A stretch of 64,000 nucleotides of DNA. It comes from Trichinella spiralis. Lineage: Eukaryota. Below, piece by piece: positions 60,944 through 64,000 of this stretch. Location of the stretch: the NCBI RefSeq assembly GCF_000181795.1, contig NW_003526944.1:3748596-3812595 (forward strand), given 5' to 3'. The stretch's first letter is position 1. Every line of letters starts with the position of its first letter. A program made the position numbers and the translations under genes. The notes under the pieces are model-generated. The model was given only the letters and a program-made list of their open reading frames with translations. It was not told the origin of the DNA and made no database searches.

Positions 60944-63900
60944 GGCCGAAGCTGAGTCGGTGCTATGGGCGTGGCAGAGGGCTTCATACGATGACGGATA
61001 AAAATGCTGTCAAGCTTGCCAAGAAACGAACAAGCTCTCCTCAATGACGCTTCAGATAGCTCAACAAAACCGGCAGCAGAAGAACAGGTAAAGCGGAAAT
61101 TAGAAAAATGGAACACGCGCGGCGTAGACTGCCGAATCTAGCTGATGTGAAAAGCGCGTGCTACAGACGTTTGCCAATCCCGAATTCAGCAATTTTTCGC
61201 AGCAGCTGGCCTAGCACTACAGTAAGAATTTCGATTGGCAAGTTTAATTTATAAAGTAATCATGAATTCAAAGTTTGAGTTCCGAAGGAAAACATAATGA
61301 AACATTTCTGCTAAACTCAAATTAAAAATGTCTATATTTTAAATTCAAATAATTCAATCCAAAAGCAGTAATATCAATAGAAATGATTTTTTATCGAAAT
61401 GTCATTCAGCTTACATATATATAAATTTAGTTATTCATTTATTATTTGCTTATTTTTTTAAAAAGTATTACCGTGAAAGATGTAATTAAAAATTTTAATT
61501 TAATCAACAATTTTACAAACATTATCGTTAATTTGACGAGCACACTGTAAATATAAATTTGCAAGTATGTTAAACAAATACTATAATTATTCCGCGAATT
61601 TTATTCCTTATTGGATCGCCCAAAAAATTGAAATAAACTTCGAATCTTAAATACGCGTCAGATAATTTTGAATCATGCTAATTTTAAAAGTTTGAAATTT
61701 CATTGTTTTCAACATGAACAACAATAGTAACAATTGAATTATTTGCAAGGTTGCTTGTTTTTATCAACTGCGCTTGCACAGTTGCTCGATGTGTGCACTG
61801 AACCTGAATCTTCCTTTATTCTGAATTCAATTTATCACACAAAGTGTAGAAATGGACAAATGGGAGTACAACAATCTGGCGGCAACGATTCAATAAAATA
61901 TAATATAATATGAAAAAAGAACTTCAAGTATAATAATTTCAATGCTATTATAGAACAGCGGAAACTACTTTAGCGTGAATTATATGCTGATTTCAATGAA
62001 CGCACATTATGCTATTCATTTTAAGCAAGGGAAAATGCTGAAATCAATAAAACTTTACTTATTCTTCCAAGAGAAAGAGAACATTTATCGGCATGATAAA
62101 AAAAATAAAATGTTCCTACCGGCTGAAAAAGCTCAGTCATCAACGCGTTTATTGTTGTTCTGGAAAAGTAGTAGTAGCAGTAGCAAGTAGTAGTAGCTGC
62201 TGCTGTTTGTTTGTTTGTTTGTTGTTGTTGTGCTTTTTCCTCACTTCAATGTTGACGTCCATGTGTTGTTTCAGTTGTTGTTCATCTCTGAGAGTCTAAT
62301 TAAGCTTGATCAGCAGCAGCTTTTACTTTTCGTTCGAAACTCTCCAACAAATATGCAATGGAAAAGAATAATAAATAAAATGAAAGCATCAAGAACAACA
62401 ACAACAAACAAATGCAAAATTATAATAAAAGCGTTTCTTTTTAATCAAAAAACGAGAAGAAAACACGCCAAATAGTGCATTGTTGTCGGGTGCGCTTAAC
62501 TTAAATGCAAATTATAATAAAAGTTCGAAAGTTGATTTCATTTATTTGTCATGATTCATTTTCTCAGGAAAACAATTCGCTTTTTCTGCAATATACAATT
62601 AGTTCGATTTTATTTATATTAACGCCACTTTCAGCCATGTCAATCGTTTGTCATGGTGAATAATTTTGTTTCGATCAAGCCGTCGTGTCTGTTGAAGACG
62701 GCAAAAATTAAAAATGAAAGAAGAAAATACATGCATTTGTCCAGAATGCTTTGAATTTCAAAAAGCAGCAGCATTCAACTATACAACTCGTCTCACCCCT
62801 GCCCCTCACTCCTACCCCTCAAAAAATAACGAAAGGAAACAAAATCTCCGCCGTTGATTGGTGCATCAATTTCCACGACCGGTTGCATAGATGCAAACAT
62901 CCGGGCTGTGAGCGCTTTGAATCGAAATCAACTTGCTTTTCAAACAAATATACAACAACACCGCACACAAGCATGCTCAGGCTAAAACATTTCACGCAAA
63001 CAACACACAAACCAAAGCGAGCACACCAGCCGGCTGGCAAGCTAACATTAGCATCTTGCACGACGGCGGTCGTTTTAGCTCTAGGAAGAATTAGTTTCGG
63101 ACGTCGATTTTCCGCCGCATCTTGCGCAACGCCTTCAATTTCAAGCTGCTGCTCATTATTTCAAACAGGACGACGCAAAACAGCAGCAACACGACCGACC
63201 GCTTTGTTTTCTCACTTGCAGCAGTCGCGCGAGCTCTGTGCATTTTATACTCGCAATTGCTGCAACTTTTCCAACGACCAGCTGGCAGCTTCATCAACAG
63301 TGAACGAGCAGATTGTGCACCACTTACACATCAAGTAAGTCGTAATAATCATTCTTGACAATAACAGAACAGTTTTATAAAAAATGAAAATATTTGCATA
63401 CATATATATATATATTTCGAGCAAACTTCCATCATCCAAAGATTAAGGCGCAAATTGTGTATGTGTTGTCGTTTTCGACAATTTCCACATCCCATGAGTA
63501 TTGGTTTATTTGGGTTACATTTTCAATCAACAAAAAATGCTAGAACTTGTTGAACATGAACCAAAAAATTGCTTCTGACAAAAGCACCATCCTCAGTGAT
63601 TGGTTGTGGATTTTTTACACTTCATTTTCTAGTGCCAAATAAATATAAACAAGCAATACTTTCTGTTTGTTATAATATTCGAAATTCGCACCTCGATTTT
63701 TTCCATTTAAACTTTATAAATTTTTCCAAACAACTGTTCCAATCTGTGTGAGTGGGTCCATTGAACTTTCAGTGGGCATAATTAATTGTTGAAACATGAT
63801 TGATTCATTCATCGATTACGTATGCAGTAAAATTTGCTCAATGAAATAAACAACGCAACAGTTGAACTTTGAAATAAAATCTTCCATCCATCCCCAACTG

Positions 63901-64000
63901 CGCTAAATGAATATCTGTTTAAAATAGAAATAGATGGATTTGATCGAAACTCGTCGTAGTGCCGGTTCACTTTATACAGAGATGATCAAAGATGCGTACA

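Noticed and set aside
62751..63338. 195-aa plus-strand ORF upstream of calcineurin
   Set aside because: TTG start and no recognisable motif; more likely regulatory or 5' non-coding sequence.

Overview
AT-rich eukaryotic genomic DNA with short GT-AG introns and TTTCAG-type acceptors. It is most likely a nematode draft assembly (Trichinella-like clade I; inferred, not proven) and has seven N-gaps. Hand-spliced genes, in order: ARGLU1-like (+), HRI/EIF2AK1-type eIF2-alpha kinase (-), Nopp140/NOLC1 (-), anamorsin/CIAPIN1 (+), intronless CHMP6/VPS20 (+) and GHITM (-). A gene-poor, gap-ridden block follows (~15.2-39.2 kb) with retroelement-like scraps, diverged dispersed repeats and a 516-517 bp tandem array. 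After it come GRAMD4-like (-) with a fold-back element filling one intron, a GC-rich single-ORF LRR-like orphan (-), a signal peptide + Kelch propeller + cytochrome b561 fusion gene (+) and calcineurin A (-). The most interesting items are the Kelch-cytochrome b561 architecture, an HRI orthologue apparently lacking the canonical heme ligands, and a GC-AG intron with a candidate poison exon in ARGLU1. Exon boundaries and family assignments were read by eye from remembered motifs; no database searches were run.
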